Assembly: GCA_965197645.1 (NCBI GenBank)
Contig: OZ240219.1
Location: 1,824,001-1,888,000 of the forward strand
Direction of reading: 5' to 3'
Length of the DNA stretch: 64,000 nt
Source: Dehalococcoidia bacterium
Lineage (GTDB): Bacteria; Chloroflexota; Dehalococcoidia; Plut-88900
Part shown: positions 1-8,933 of the stretch, piece after piece
How positions within the stretch are numbered: the first letter of the stretch is position 1
Layout: each line of letters starts with the position of its first letter
The notes under the pieces: generated by a model
The model's input: only the letters and a program-made list of their open reading frames with translations
What the model was told of the DNA's origin: nothing
Databases searched by the model: none
Made by a program: the position numbers and the translations under genes

Positions 1-882
1 GCCTACAACGACTGGATAGCCGATTTCTGCGAGGCGGGTCCGGACAGGCTCTACGCCGCAGGCATGCTGCCCCTCCAGAACATGGACTTCGCACTGGAGG
101 AGCTGCATCGAGTATCTGAGATCCCCTGCTTCCGCGGCGCTTTCGTCCGCCCCATGTTCATAGAGGGGCGCTATTTTACGCATTCCTACTACGATCCGTT
201 GTGGGCGGAACTGGAAGAGCTCGGCGTCGCGGCTGCCGTTCATCCCACGTCCGGCCTGTGGAACCCTGAGTGGACCTCTCACGGCCCGTTCTTCGAAAAG
301 ATCAGCCGCCGGATAGTTCAAGACGGTATAGCGGGCAATGCCGGTGGAGGACCCTTTGCAGGCGGAGGCACCAGCGAAAACCTGGCAATCGATGGGGCAG
401 GAGAGCGATTGGGACACCCCATATCGCCTGTTCTTTCTCCCTGGCTCGACAACCACATGTTCGTCGCAGCCACACTGATCGGCTTTACGGTGATGCAGCG
501 ATACCCGGATATGAAGGTAGTCGTGGCCCACGGCAAGGCCTCCTGGATGGAGGAGGTCCTGGAGAAGATGGAGGCCTCGACCAAGACCATACCTCTGATC
601 CACCACCATCCCGTGCGTACCGATCCGGAGGAGATGTGGAAAGAGGGACATGTGATGCTGGGGTTCGACGCTGAGGAACGGCTGATACAGCGGCTGCCGG
701 AACGGTTCGAGCAACACATCGTCTGGGGCTCCCGCTACCCCAACGATGACACCACCAGCGCCTGGGACGCCATCAAGGCCCTGTCCGAGGCAGACGTGGA
801 GGAGCCTACTATAGCTCGCACCCTCGGCCGCAACGCCGCCAAGCAGTTCGGAATCGAGCTGGAACAAAAAGTCGGCGTCTAA
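1..882 (+). CDS. Amidohydrolase_2-family protein, 5'-truncated by the window edge; late active-site motifs atypical
   Basis: Frame open from base 1 (AYNDWIADFC...). YYDPLWAELEELGVAAAVHP and TLGRNAAKQFG match the family. VAHGKASW and WGSRYPNDD replace the usual E-xG-xGW and SDYPH. Confidence 0.8.
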   Translation, partial: AYNDWIADFCEAGPDRLYAAGMLPLQNMDFALEELHRVSEIPCFRGAFVRPMFIEGRYFTHSYYDPLWAELEELGVAAAVHPTSGLWNPEWTSHGPFFEKISRRIVQDGIAGNAGGGPFAGGGTSENLAIDGAGERLGHPISPVLSPWLDNHMFVAATLIGFTVMQRYPDMKVVVAHGKASWMEEVLEKMEASTKTIPLIHHHPVRTDPEEMWKEGHVMLGFDAEERLIQRLPERFEQHIVWGSRYPNDDTTSAWDAIKALSEADVEEPTIARTLGRNAAKQFGIELEQKVGV

Positions 883-1006
883 CAGCCTCCCACCTTATCG
901 CCTGTTACACCCCCCTGTCGGGGCGAGGCCTCGGGACATCTTTCCCTTGGCGGTACATCCAAGTCCGGGGACACAACCGACTGAGGCGCTGCTGAACTTG
1001 TCGGGT

Positions 1007-1015
1007 GTGGCATAA
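1007..1015 (+). promoter_or_regulatory. Putative extended -10 promoter (TG-g-CATAAT) upstream of the structured RNA
   Basis: TGGCATAAT directly before the first helix; no convincing -35. Confidence 0.45.
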
Positions 1016-1019
1016 TATA

Positions 1020-1340
1020 CCTATCGTTCCTGCGAGGGCTTCACGACGAGTTGCAAGATTTGCCGGAAGCCCTCAGTGGTTTATCACTCCCAGACAGCAA
1101 CATAGATATCGGCTGTTTTGTGGCCCTACGGGCTATTGCATAGACGCCGAAGAGAGCGGTCCTCCCACACGTAGCCTTTCACCCTGACGGCTGAGCTTTA
1201 CCGTTGTCTATAGGGCAACAGTCGGTAGGGGACTGCTTTACCACCCATACAGGCTTTCCAGTTGTAACCGGAGCACCTGTACCACGCTCTTTCACAATAG
1301 CGGTCCGTTTACCTTGAGTATGGCATCAGTCCGACAGAAC
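1020..1340 (+). ncRNA. Candidate large structured RNA or cis-regulatory leader, family unassigned
   Basis: About nine helices found by eye, a GCAA tetraloop, G-U wobbles that favour the + strand, no credible ORF. Confidence 0.6.
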
Positions 1341-1348
1341 CTCTTCCC

Positions 1349-4300
1349 ATGAGCGAGCATCTGACAGTTAGAGGATCTCCAGCCCGTCGGTCTCTTCTAG
1401 ACCGCGGAAGCCGGCTGCGGCTCCTTGTCCTCAAGATGCAGGACCAGGGGCTCTACCTGCTCTTCCTGGTCCCGGTGGCCCTGCTTCTGACCTTCTTCTT
1501 CATCATCCCCCTCTACGACATCCTGGTCGGCAGCTTTATAGAAGACGGCTGCTTTACGACTCAGTTCTTCGAGTGGGCCATCTTCGACAACGATAACCAA
1601 AGGGCGGCTCGCATCACCTTCGAGCTGGCCGTCACCACCACCCTGTGCTGTCTCGTTCTGGGCTATCCCGTCGCCTACTACCTCGCCACCCGAAAAGGCA
1701 GGTGGCGCAATGTGGTACTGGCGATAGTCATCTTCTCCTTCTTGACCAACATCATCGCCGAGACCTTCTCCTGGAGAATAACCCTGGGGAGACAGGGGCC
1801 CATAAACGAGGCTCTCCAGCTGCTGCCCGTGATAGATGAACCCTTCGATCTGGTCTTCAACCGTGTCTCCACAATAGTGGCCATGGTCCAGTCCTTCCTC
1901 CCCTTCATGATCCTGCCCCTCTTTGCCGTCATGCGCGGCATACCTAACAGCCTGTTGTCGGTAGCCCAGAGCCTGGGGGCCAGTCCCTTCCGAAGCTTCC
2001 TGCGGGTGTTCCTGCCTCTGAGCATGCCGGGCGTGGCCACCGGATCGATTCTCGTGCTGATCCTGAGCGCCGGCACCTTCATAGCGCCAACTCTGGTGGG
2101 CAACTGGCCCATGGACCACGGACTCTCCAGCTTGATAGACGACTCCGACGGGTACACCATGGCCTTAACCATGCTCCTGCTGGGAGCTATCGTGGTTGTC
2201 TACCTGGGGTTCGCACGGTTCGTAGGTTTTGGCAGCCTGTACAAGGCCGGCGATGCGCTAATGCACTCCACGTCGGGATGGAGCTCCCATCCCAGTCCTC
2301 GTCGATGGGTGGTCTCCGCCGTCGTTGCTTTCACCTCCCTATTCCTCCTCGTTCCCATCCTGGTCATCGTCCCCCTGTCCTTCAACCAGCAGAGGTTCGC
2401 CTACTTCCCCATTCAGGATTACAACCTCCGGTGGATCAAGAACTTCTTCACGGGCGCCGACACCGGCACCGACTGGACCGGCTCGGCCATCTCCAGTCTG
2501 GAGGTAGCCGTACTGGCGGTCGTGGTGACCGTGCCCCTTGCGGTTCTCTTCTCCTACGGCTTGCTGCGAGGCCGGTTCCCCGGAAAGGCGACGGCCAGCG
2601 CCATCATTCTGGCTCCTCTGGTGATCCCCAGCACAGTGATAGGTCTGGCTCTTTGGATCTTCTACGCCGACCACCTGGAGTTCTTGATGGGTACGATCCC
2701 GGGGCTCGCCGTGCCCCACGCTGTGCTGGCCCTTCCTTATGCCATTCTGATTCTCGGTGTGGCCTTCCGCTCCTTGGACCATGTCCATGAGCAAGCGGCG
2801 GTGAGCCTGGGCGCCAACCGATGGACGGTGCTGCGCCGGATAGTCCTACCCCAGGTCCTGCCTGGGCTGGTCATAGCCGGCCTGTTCACCTTCCTCGTCT
2901 CCCTGGACGAGGTCGTCATCGGGTTGTGGCTGGCCGTTCCTGGCGGCTTCCGTACCCTGCCGATGAACCTGTGGAATGGAGTGACCGCCGAGTTCGCTCC
3001 GATGATGGCAGTGGTCTCCACCCTCGTGATAGTCGGCGCGGCGATAGTGCTCCTGGCCGCATCCTACTTGAGGGGGCGACTGACGGTCCAGCGACAATCA
3101 CCCGATGTTTTAGCTATGGCCGTGAGAAAGGTTGCCTTCGTTCTGGCTAGAATATCCAGCGCTGAGTTGAGGGTTCCCTTTATCGCCACCCTGAAGAGGC
3201 AGGCCTTCTACCTCGCTCTGGTCCTTCCGGCTCTGGCCTTGCTGATCGTCTTTCTCGTCCTGCCCCTAATCGAAGTGCTGGACCAGACCTTCTTGAGGCA
3301 CGGGCTCCCCGGTGGACTGGCCTTCTCCATCAGATATCTGGACGAGGGCTTGAGGTATGGTATCTACCCGGACGTCTGGCGAACCACCTTTTCCCTCGCC
3401 GGGACTACGGTGCTGGGCTGTCTACTTCTGGGGTATCCCGTGGCCTACTACCTCGCCACTTCCTCCGGATGGCGCCGCACCATCGTCACCGCGATGGTGT
3501 TCATCCCCTTCATAACCAGCCTGATCGCCCAGCTTCACGCCTGGCGGATAGTCATGGGAAGGAATGGACCGGTCAACGACGTACTCCAGTATCTCTGGTT
3601 CGTCGATGAACCCTTCGACCTGCTATTCACACCCGGTGCGGTGCACGTAGCCATGATTCAGGTGTTCCTCCCATTTATGATTCTGCCCCTGTATGCGGTC
3701 ATGCGAGGAATCCCTCGCAGTCTCACCGTCATTGCCGAGGGCCTGGGCGCCTCCCCGCTGCAGGCCTTCTTCAGGGTTTTCCTACCCTTGACCCTGCCGG
3801 GAGCGTTGGCCGGAGCGGTGCTGGTTTTCAGCCTGAGCGCCGGTTCCGTGGTGATACCGGAGACCCTGGGCTCCTTGCTGGACCCCAACCACGATAGGAC
3901 CATCGCTTCCTTCATCGACGGCAGCGGCCCCTTCAACGCCGGCCGGGCTGTCCTTCTCCTATTGTTCATCCTGGTGCCCTACCTGGTCTTCACCCGGTAC
4001 ATAGGCTTTCAACCCCTGTATCAGATAGGTAACCTGCTCACCCACTCGGCCTCGGCCCCTGATCAAAGACGGGGGCGTTACAGGTTCCTGTTGACCATCG
4101 GAGCCGCCGCGGTCTGCGTTTTTCTTCTGCTGCCCAGCCTGATCGTGGTGCCCATGGCGTTCAACAGGAGTCGATACTACTTCTTTCCCCCCAACAACTA
4201 CAGCCTGAAATGGATCGCCAATTTCTTCACGGGCAAGGAGAGCCCCACCGACTGGATAGGCCCGACCCTAACCAGCGCCGAGGTGGCAGGTCTGGCCGTA

Positions 4301-4873
4301 TTGGTCTCGTTGACTCTGGGTGGCCTTCTTTCCTATGCCCTGGTGAGGGGCAGGTTCCCCGGCAGGGGGTTTATCAGCGCGGTCGCCCTCATTCCTCTGA
4401 TCGTGCCCTCGGTGCTGTTTGCCGCCAGCCTCTACTTCTTCTATTCGGATGGTTGGGACTTCCTGATAGGCTCGGTGGCCGGACTGGTGATGCCCCACGC
4501 CATGCTCGCCCTACCCTTTGTTGTACTGATCCTAAACGCCACCCTCCGCAGCGCCGACGAGGTGCAGGAATTTGCCGCTATGACCCTGGGCGCCAACCGA
4601 TTTACCGCCTTTCGTCGAGTGATCCTTCCTCAAATCTACCCGGGCATCATCGTTGCCGCAGTCTTTGCCTTCCTGGTCTCCTTCAACGAGGTTATCATCG
4701 CCTTTTGGCTGAAGGCCCCCGGCTTCGAGACCCTGCCCACCATGATGTGGATCGGCACCTCCGCCGAATACGATCCGATGATGCCGGCGGTGTCGACGCT
4801 CTTGCTCCTGATGGTACTGGCTGCCTTCTTGGTTGTGGCCGGTTTCCGCAAGCTCCTGGTCAGAGGACAATGA
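1349..4873 (+). CDS. ABC transporter permease with four fused PotB/PotC-type domains (B-C-B-C)
   Basis: Four EAA-loop-type segments (AQSLGA, AAVSLGA, AEGLGA, AAMTLGA); LGYPVAYYLAT and VQ/QVFLPFMILPL each occur twice. Confidence 0.9.
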   Translation: MSEHLTVRGSPARRSLLDRGSRLRLLVLKMQDQGLYLLFLVPVALLLTFFFIIPLYDILVGSFIEDGCFTTQFFEWAIFDNDNQRAARITFELAVTTTLCCLVLGYPVAYYLATRKGRWRNVVLAIVIFSFLTNIIAETFSWRITLGRQGPINEALQLLPVIDEPFDLVFNRVSTIVAMVQSFLPFMILPLFAVMRGIPNSLLSVAQSLGASPFRSFLRVFLPLSMPGVATGSILVLILSAGTFIAPTLVGNWPMDHGLSSLIDDSDGYTMALTMLLLGAIVVVYLGFARFVGFGSLYKAGDALMHSTSGWSSHPSPRRWVVSAVVAFTSLFLLVPILVIVPLSFNQQRFAYFPIQDYNLRWIKNFFTGADTGTDWTGSAISSLEVAVLAVVVTVPLAVLFSYGLLRGRFPGKATASAIILAPLVIPSTVIGLALWIFYADHLEFLMGTIPGLAVPHAVLALPYAILILGVAFRSLDHVHEQAAVSLGANRWTVLRRIVLPQVLPGLVIAGLFTFLVSLDEVVIGLWLAVPGGFRTLPMNLWNGVTAEFAPMMAVVSTLVIVGAAIVLLAASYLRGRLTVQRQSPDVLAMAVRKVAFVLARISSAELRVPFIATLKRQAFYLALVLPALALLIVFLVLPLIEVLDQTFLRHGLPGGLAFSIRYLDEGLRYGIYPDVWRTTFSLAGTTVLGCLLLGYPVAYYLATSSGWRRTIVTAMVFIPFITSLIAQLHAWRIVMGRNGPVNDVLQYLWFVDEPFDLLFTPGAVHVAMIQVFLPFMILPLYAVMRGIPRSLTVIAEGLGASPLQAFFRVFLPLTLPGALAGAVLVFSLSAGSVVIPETLGSLLDPNHDRTIASFIDGSGPFNAGRAVLLLLFILVPYLVFTRYIGFQPLYQIGNLLTHSASAPDQRRGRYRFLLTIGAAAVCVFLLLPSLIVVPMAFNRSRYYFFPPNNYSLKWIANFFTGKESPTDWIGPTLTSAEVAGLAVLVSLTLGGLLSYALVRGRFPGRGFISAVALIPLIVPSVLFAASLYFFYSDGWDFLIGSVAGLVMPHAMLALPFVVLILNATLRSADEVQEFAAMTLGANRFTAFRRVILPQIYPGIIVAAVFAFLVSFNEVIIAFWLKAPGFETLPTMMWIGTSAEYDPMMPAVSTLLLLMVLAAFLVVAGFRKLLVRGQ

Positions 4874-4927
4874 GCTTAGAGCTTCCAGCTTTTCTGGTTA
4901 GACAGCCTGACCGCAGAAGAGGCGTTC

Positions 4928-4956
4928 TTGACGAGAGCCGCCTCTTCTCCTATAAT
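4928..4956 (+). promoter_or_regulatory. Sigma70-type promoter for the substrate-binding protein gene
   Basis: TTGACG-N17-TATAAT. Confidence 0.7.
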
Positions 4957-5220
4957 TTTCCGTTAATTGAGAAAAAAGTAACTATCGAATTGGTGATTAC
5001 TTTAGGGCTGGCTATTCGTTATTAGTCTTAAGAGCAGATATAGTTCGACGCAGGAGAACACCCAACCGGAAACGCTTGTTCCTGCAGACAACAACTCCCC
5101 CACTTTTATCCCGGGTGAATGGAGGTACTGTTTGGCCGTAACATGAAACAATCAGAGGTGCCAGCTCTCGCTGGCGCCGTACACCGAAACCAATCGATTG
5201 AGATTCAGGAGGTCCACAAA

Positions 5221-6663
5221 TTGAAACTACGTAAAGCGATAACCCGGCGGCGGGTACTGATTGGTATGGCAAGCATACTGATAGTGCTAATGCTTGTCGC
5301 CGCTGCTTGTGGTGAGGCTGCCACGCCCGAGCCGACCGAGGAGGTAATGGAAGCCACACCCGAGCCGACTGAAGAAGTGATGGAAGACGACGCCATGGAC
5401 GATGATGCCATGGACGACACCGCTATGGAAGACGACGCCATGGACGATGACGCCATGGACGACGCCGCTATGGAAGATGATGCCATGGACGACGCCATGG
5501 ACGACACCGCTATGGAAGATGACGCCATGGACGACACCGCTATGGAAGATGATGCCATGGTCGGAATGCGTGGTCCTGACCAGTGGACGGTTGAAGAGCC
5601 TGCCACCAGGGCTGAAATCGAAGCCGAGTTGGAGAAGTTCCGAGGCGATAGCTTCGTGTTCGTGTCCTGGGGCGGCGCCTACCAGGCAGCCCAGCGGCAG
5701 GCCTACATCGTCCCCTTCGAGGCACAGTTCGGAATTGACGTGATCGAAGAGAGCGTGCCCACGGCCGCCAAGACCAGGGCCATGGTGGAGACGGAAAACA
5801 TCGAATGGCACGTCATTGACAACGGTACAGCCGGCGCCTTTCAGCTAGCCCTCTCGGGAGACCTGGAAGAGTTGGACTTCAGCATAATCGACACCCGGGA
5901 CTTCCTGTCAGTGGTCCAGGCCCCTTGGTTCGGCGGCGGTGGCATCACTTGGTCCACCGTACTGGCCTACAACACTGATACCTACCCCAACGGACTGCCC
6001 GACATGTCGGCCTACTACGACACCGAGAGATACCCGGGCCGCAGAGGCTGGGCTTACTACAGCGATCACGAGGAGGTCTTTGTACTCCTGGGTGATGACC
6101 CCTCCATTCTGGACACTGCAGAGGGCAGGGCCAGCCTGGCAACCCTGACAGACGATCAGATGGACCGTGCCTACGAGCTGTTCGAACAGCACAAAGACCA
6201 GATAAGCCTCTTCTGGCAAACCGGTTCCGACTGTCCGCAGTTGCTGATCAGCGGCGAGTTGGACATGTGCACCGCCTGGAACGGGCGGATCTACGATGCT
6301 CAGAAAGAGGGCGCCCCGCTGGCAATATGCTGGCACTGCGGCCACCAGTTGAACACAGACGTGTGGTACATCCCCAGGGGCCTGTCTACTCAGGACCCCG
6401 ACAAGTTCTACCTGGCCCAGCTGTTCATGGCCTGGACCTCCTTCCCGGAGATCAATGCCGATGTCAGCCAGTTCATTACCTACGGGCCGGTCAACATCAA
6501 GTCACTCTCTTACCTGGATGCTCCTGAGTTTGACGCGGTACGGGATGAGCTCCCGTCATCGCCCGCTAACATCCAGTACGCCATCCTGTACGACGAGAAG
6601 TGGGGCGGTGAGGTTGCAGACGCTCGCTACGAGCGCTACCTCGAGTGGCAGCAGGGACTGTAG
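5221..6663 (+). CDS. PotD/PotF-like ABC substrate-binding lipoprotein with an acidic Met-rich repeat linker
   Basis: GGAGG then TTG start; lipobox VAAAC; VFVSWGGAYQAAQRQAY, LLISGELDM-AWNGRI and ITYGPVN motifs. Confidence 0.85.
   Translation: MKLRKAITRRRVLIGMASILIVLMLVAAACGEAATPEPTEEVMEATPEPTEEVMEDDAMDDDAMDDTAMEDDAMDDDAMDDAAMEDDAMDDAMDDTAMEDDAMDDTAMEDDAMVGMRGPDQWTVEEPATRAEIEAELEKFRGDSFVFVSWGGAYQAAQRQAYIVPFEAQFGIDVIEESVPTAAKTRAMVETENIEWHVIDNGTAGAFQLALSGDLEELDFSIIDTRDFLSVVQAPWFGGGGITWSTVLAYNTDTYPNGLPDMSAYYDTERYPGRRGWAYYSDHEEVFVLLGDDPSILDTAEGRASLATLTDDQMDRAYELFEQHKDQISLFWQTGSDCPQLLISGELDMCTAWNGRIYDAQKEGAPLAICWHCGHQLNTDVWYIPRGLSTQDPDKFYLAQLFMAWTSFPEINADVSQFITYGPVNIKSLSYLDAPEFDAVRDELPSSPANIQYAILYDEKWGGEVADARYERYLEWQQGL
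5380..5559 (+). repeat. Intragenic 15-bp tandem repeat encoding 12 x M(E/D)D(D/T/A)A
   Basis: ATGGA(A/C)GA(C/T)...GC(C/T) units, one of them 4 aa; preceded by a duplicated ATPEPTEEVME. Confidence 0.95.
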
Positions 6664-6700
6664 GCTTGCTAATCGGATAACCTAGGAATAGCCGAAACTT

Positions 6701-6738
6701 AAGAGGGGCCGCCCTTCTACGGAAGGGCGGCCCCTCTT
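6701..6738 (+). terminator. Intrinsic terminator hairpin
   Basis: AAGAGGGGCCGCCCTTC-TACG-GAAGGGCGGCCCCTCTT followed by GTTT. Confidence 0.85.
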
Positions 6739-6844
6739 GTTTATGCAAGCTCGTCGATGCATCGGCTTGATGCCCCATCCCTCAGGTGATAGCCTACACA
6801 CGCACGGCCCCACAAATCCGATGAGCTAGAATGCGAGAAAAGCC

Positions 6845-8749
6845 ATGGTCAACCAGGGACAAATAGAACATCTATTGAAACAGACGGGGGAGATACCGCC
6901 ACCACAGAGCCTTGCGGACAACGCCAACTTGCAGGACTATCAGACCGTCTACGACGAATCGATCGACGACCCCGAGGGGTTCTGGGCGCGAGAAGCGTCG
7001 GAGCTGGACTGGTTCAAACCATGGTCCAAGGTGTTCCAGTGGGACTATCCCGGGTTCAAATGGTTCCTGGATGGGACCTGTAACATCACCTACAACTGCC
7101 TGGACAGGCATCTTTCCGACGGTCGAAAGAACAAAGCGGCCTTCATCTGGCTCGGCGAGAACGGTGAAGAGAGGGTGTTCACCTATGGACGGCTGGCCCA
7201 ACTGGTCAACCGGTTTGCCAACGGTCTAAAGAGCCTCGGCGTGGGCAAGGGCGATCGGGTGGTCATCTATATGCCGCTCACCCCTGAGGGCGCCATAGCC
7301 ATGTTGGCCTGCGCGCGGATAGGCGCCGTGCACAGCGTGGTCTATGCCGGGCTCAGCGTAGGCTCGTTGCGGGATCGGATACTGGACGCCCAGGCCAAGG
7401 TGCTGATCACGGCCGATTCGGGATACCGAAGAGGCAAGAGAGTCGATCTCAAGGGCATCGCCGACGAGGCCGTGGAGCTGCTCGACATACTGGAGCACGT
7501 GGTGGTGTGGCGACGGGAAGAAGAGAAGCCGGCCCTGCGTGACAAAGAGGTGGACTTCGATCAGCTGACCTCGGAAGGGAGCATGTACTGCGAGGCCGAG
7601 GAGATGGACTCGGAAGACCCGTTGTACATTCTGTACACCAGCGGCACTACGGGCAAGCCCAAGGGGGTCCTCCACGTTCACGGCGGCTACATGGTGGGCA
7701 CTTATTACCACTTCAAGACCTTTTGGGACAACAAAGAGGACGATGTCTACTGGTGCACGTCGGACATCGGCTGGGTGGTCGGTCACAGCTACATCGTCTA
7801 TGGGCCTCTGATCGCCGGCGGCACGACCGTGTTTCGAGAAGGAGCCCCAGACTTTCCCGACCCCGGCATCGTCTACGAGGTGATCGAAAAATACGGGGTC
7901 AACGTGATGTTCACGGCACCGACGGTGATAAGGATGCTGATGGGCAACGGCGAGTCCTACGCCAAAAAGCACGATCTGCGATCTCTAAGGCTGCTTACCT
8001 GCGCCGGCGAGCCGTTGAACCCGGAGGCCTTACGCTGGGCCCACGAGCACCTATGCGGCAGCGGCGAGTGGGGGTTCATAACCGACAACTGGTGGCAAAC
8101 GGAGACCGGTGGACCCTGCCTGGGCACCCTGCCGAACATGACCGCAAAGCCTGGCCGGGTGGGGAAGGCGTTGCCCGGTGCGCTGATGGATATAGTAGAC
8201 CGGGAAGGCGAGCCCATAACCGAGCCAGACGTAGGTGGTCTGCTGGTGATAAAACGCCCCTTCCCCCACTTCTTCCGCACGGTGTACGGCGATGAGGAGC
8301 GATACAACAAGGACTGGGGCACTATTCCAGAATCCTACCTGACTGGTGATGTCGCACTGCGGGACTCGGAAGGATACTACATGGTCGTCGGCAGGGCTGA
8401 TGACGTTCTGAACGTGGCAGGACACAGGATAGGGTCCGCTGAAGTGGAGAGCGCCCTGGTGTCCCACGATCTGGTGGCCGAGGCGGCTGTCATAGGCAAG
8501 CCCGACCCCCTCAAAGGGGAGGCGATCAAGGGGTTCGTCACGCTGCGTTCAGGCGCCACCCCATCCGAGGAGATGAAGAAAGCCCTGAAAAGTCACGTTC
8601 GAAGGGAGCTGGGCCCTATAGCTACGCCGGCTGAGATAGAGTTCACGCCCAGCCTGCCGAAGACCCGCTCCGGCAAGATAATGAGGCGATTGCTCAAGGC
8701 GCTGGAGCTTGGTTTGGACCCGGGTGATATCACCACCCTAGAGGAGTAG
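6845..8749 (+). CDS. acs: Acetate--CoA ligase (acetyl-CoA synthetase)
   Basis: [49 protein letters not shown]. Confidence 0.92.
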   Translation: MVNQGQIEHLLKQTGEIPPPQSLADNANLQDYQTVYDESIDDPEGFWAREASELDWFKPWSKVFQWDYPGFKWFLDGTCNITYNCLDRHLSDGRKNKAAFIWLGENGEERVFTYGRLAQLVNRFANGLKSLGVGKGDRVVIYMPLTPEGAIAMLACARIGAVHSVVYAGLSVGSLRDRILDAQAKVLITADSGYRRGKRVDLKGIADEAVELLDILEHVVVWRREEEKPALRDKEVDFDQLTSEGSMYCEAEEMDSEDPLYILYTSGTTGKPKGVLHVHGGYMVGTYYHFKTFWDNKEDDVYWCTSDIGWVVGHSYIVYGPLIAGGTTVFREGAPDFPDPGIVYEVIEKYGVNVMFTAPTVIRMLMGNGESYAKKHDLRSLRLLTCAGEPLNPEALRWAHEHLCGSGEWGFITDNWWQTETGGPCLGTLPNMTAKPGRVGKALPGALMDIVDREGEPITEPDVGGLLVIKRPFPHFFRTVYGDEERYNKDWGTIPESYLTGDVALRDSEGYYMVVGRADDVLNVAGHRIGSAEVESALVSHDLVAEAAVIGKPDPLKGEAIKGFVTLRSGATPSEEMKKALKSHVRRELGPIATPAEIEFTPSLPKTRSGKIMRRLLKALELGLDPGDITTLEE

Positions 8750-8763
8750 GTGGGTGCTGAATA

Positions 8764-8905
8764 ACCCTTTTCGACCATCCCCCTGGCCCCCTTCCTGGCC
8801 AGGAAGGGGGGAAAGAACAAATAATTTCTGAGGGAAACCCTCAGACTCCCGGCCTCCCGGCAGGCAGTCTCAGAAGAATTTGCTCTGCCTCTATGCACGC
8901 CCCAT
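8764..8905. repeat. REP-like multi-hairpin extragenic element between convergent genes
   Basis: CCCCCTTCCTGG/CCAGGAAGGGGG and CTGAGGG-AAA-CCCTCAG palindromes; similar layout at 57337-57425. Confidence 0.55.
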
Positions 8906-8933
8906 GGGTTCATCAGCTAAGGTGGCCTTGGAG

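Noticed and set aside
1020-1340. Assignment to tmRNA, RNase P, SRP, 6S, lysine riboswitch or group I intron; 60-aa ORF 1005-1187
   Set aside because: Signature motifs were not found by eye, and the ORF has no RBS or protein-like features.
5380-5559. CRISPR array or non-coding satellite
   Set aside because: In-frame coding repeat without spacers; no CRISPR array or cas gene was seen in the window.
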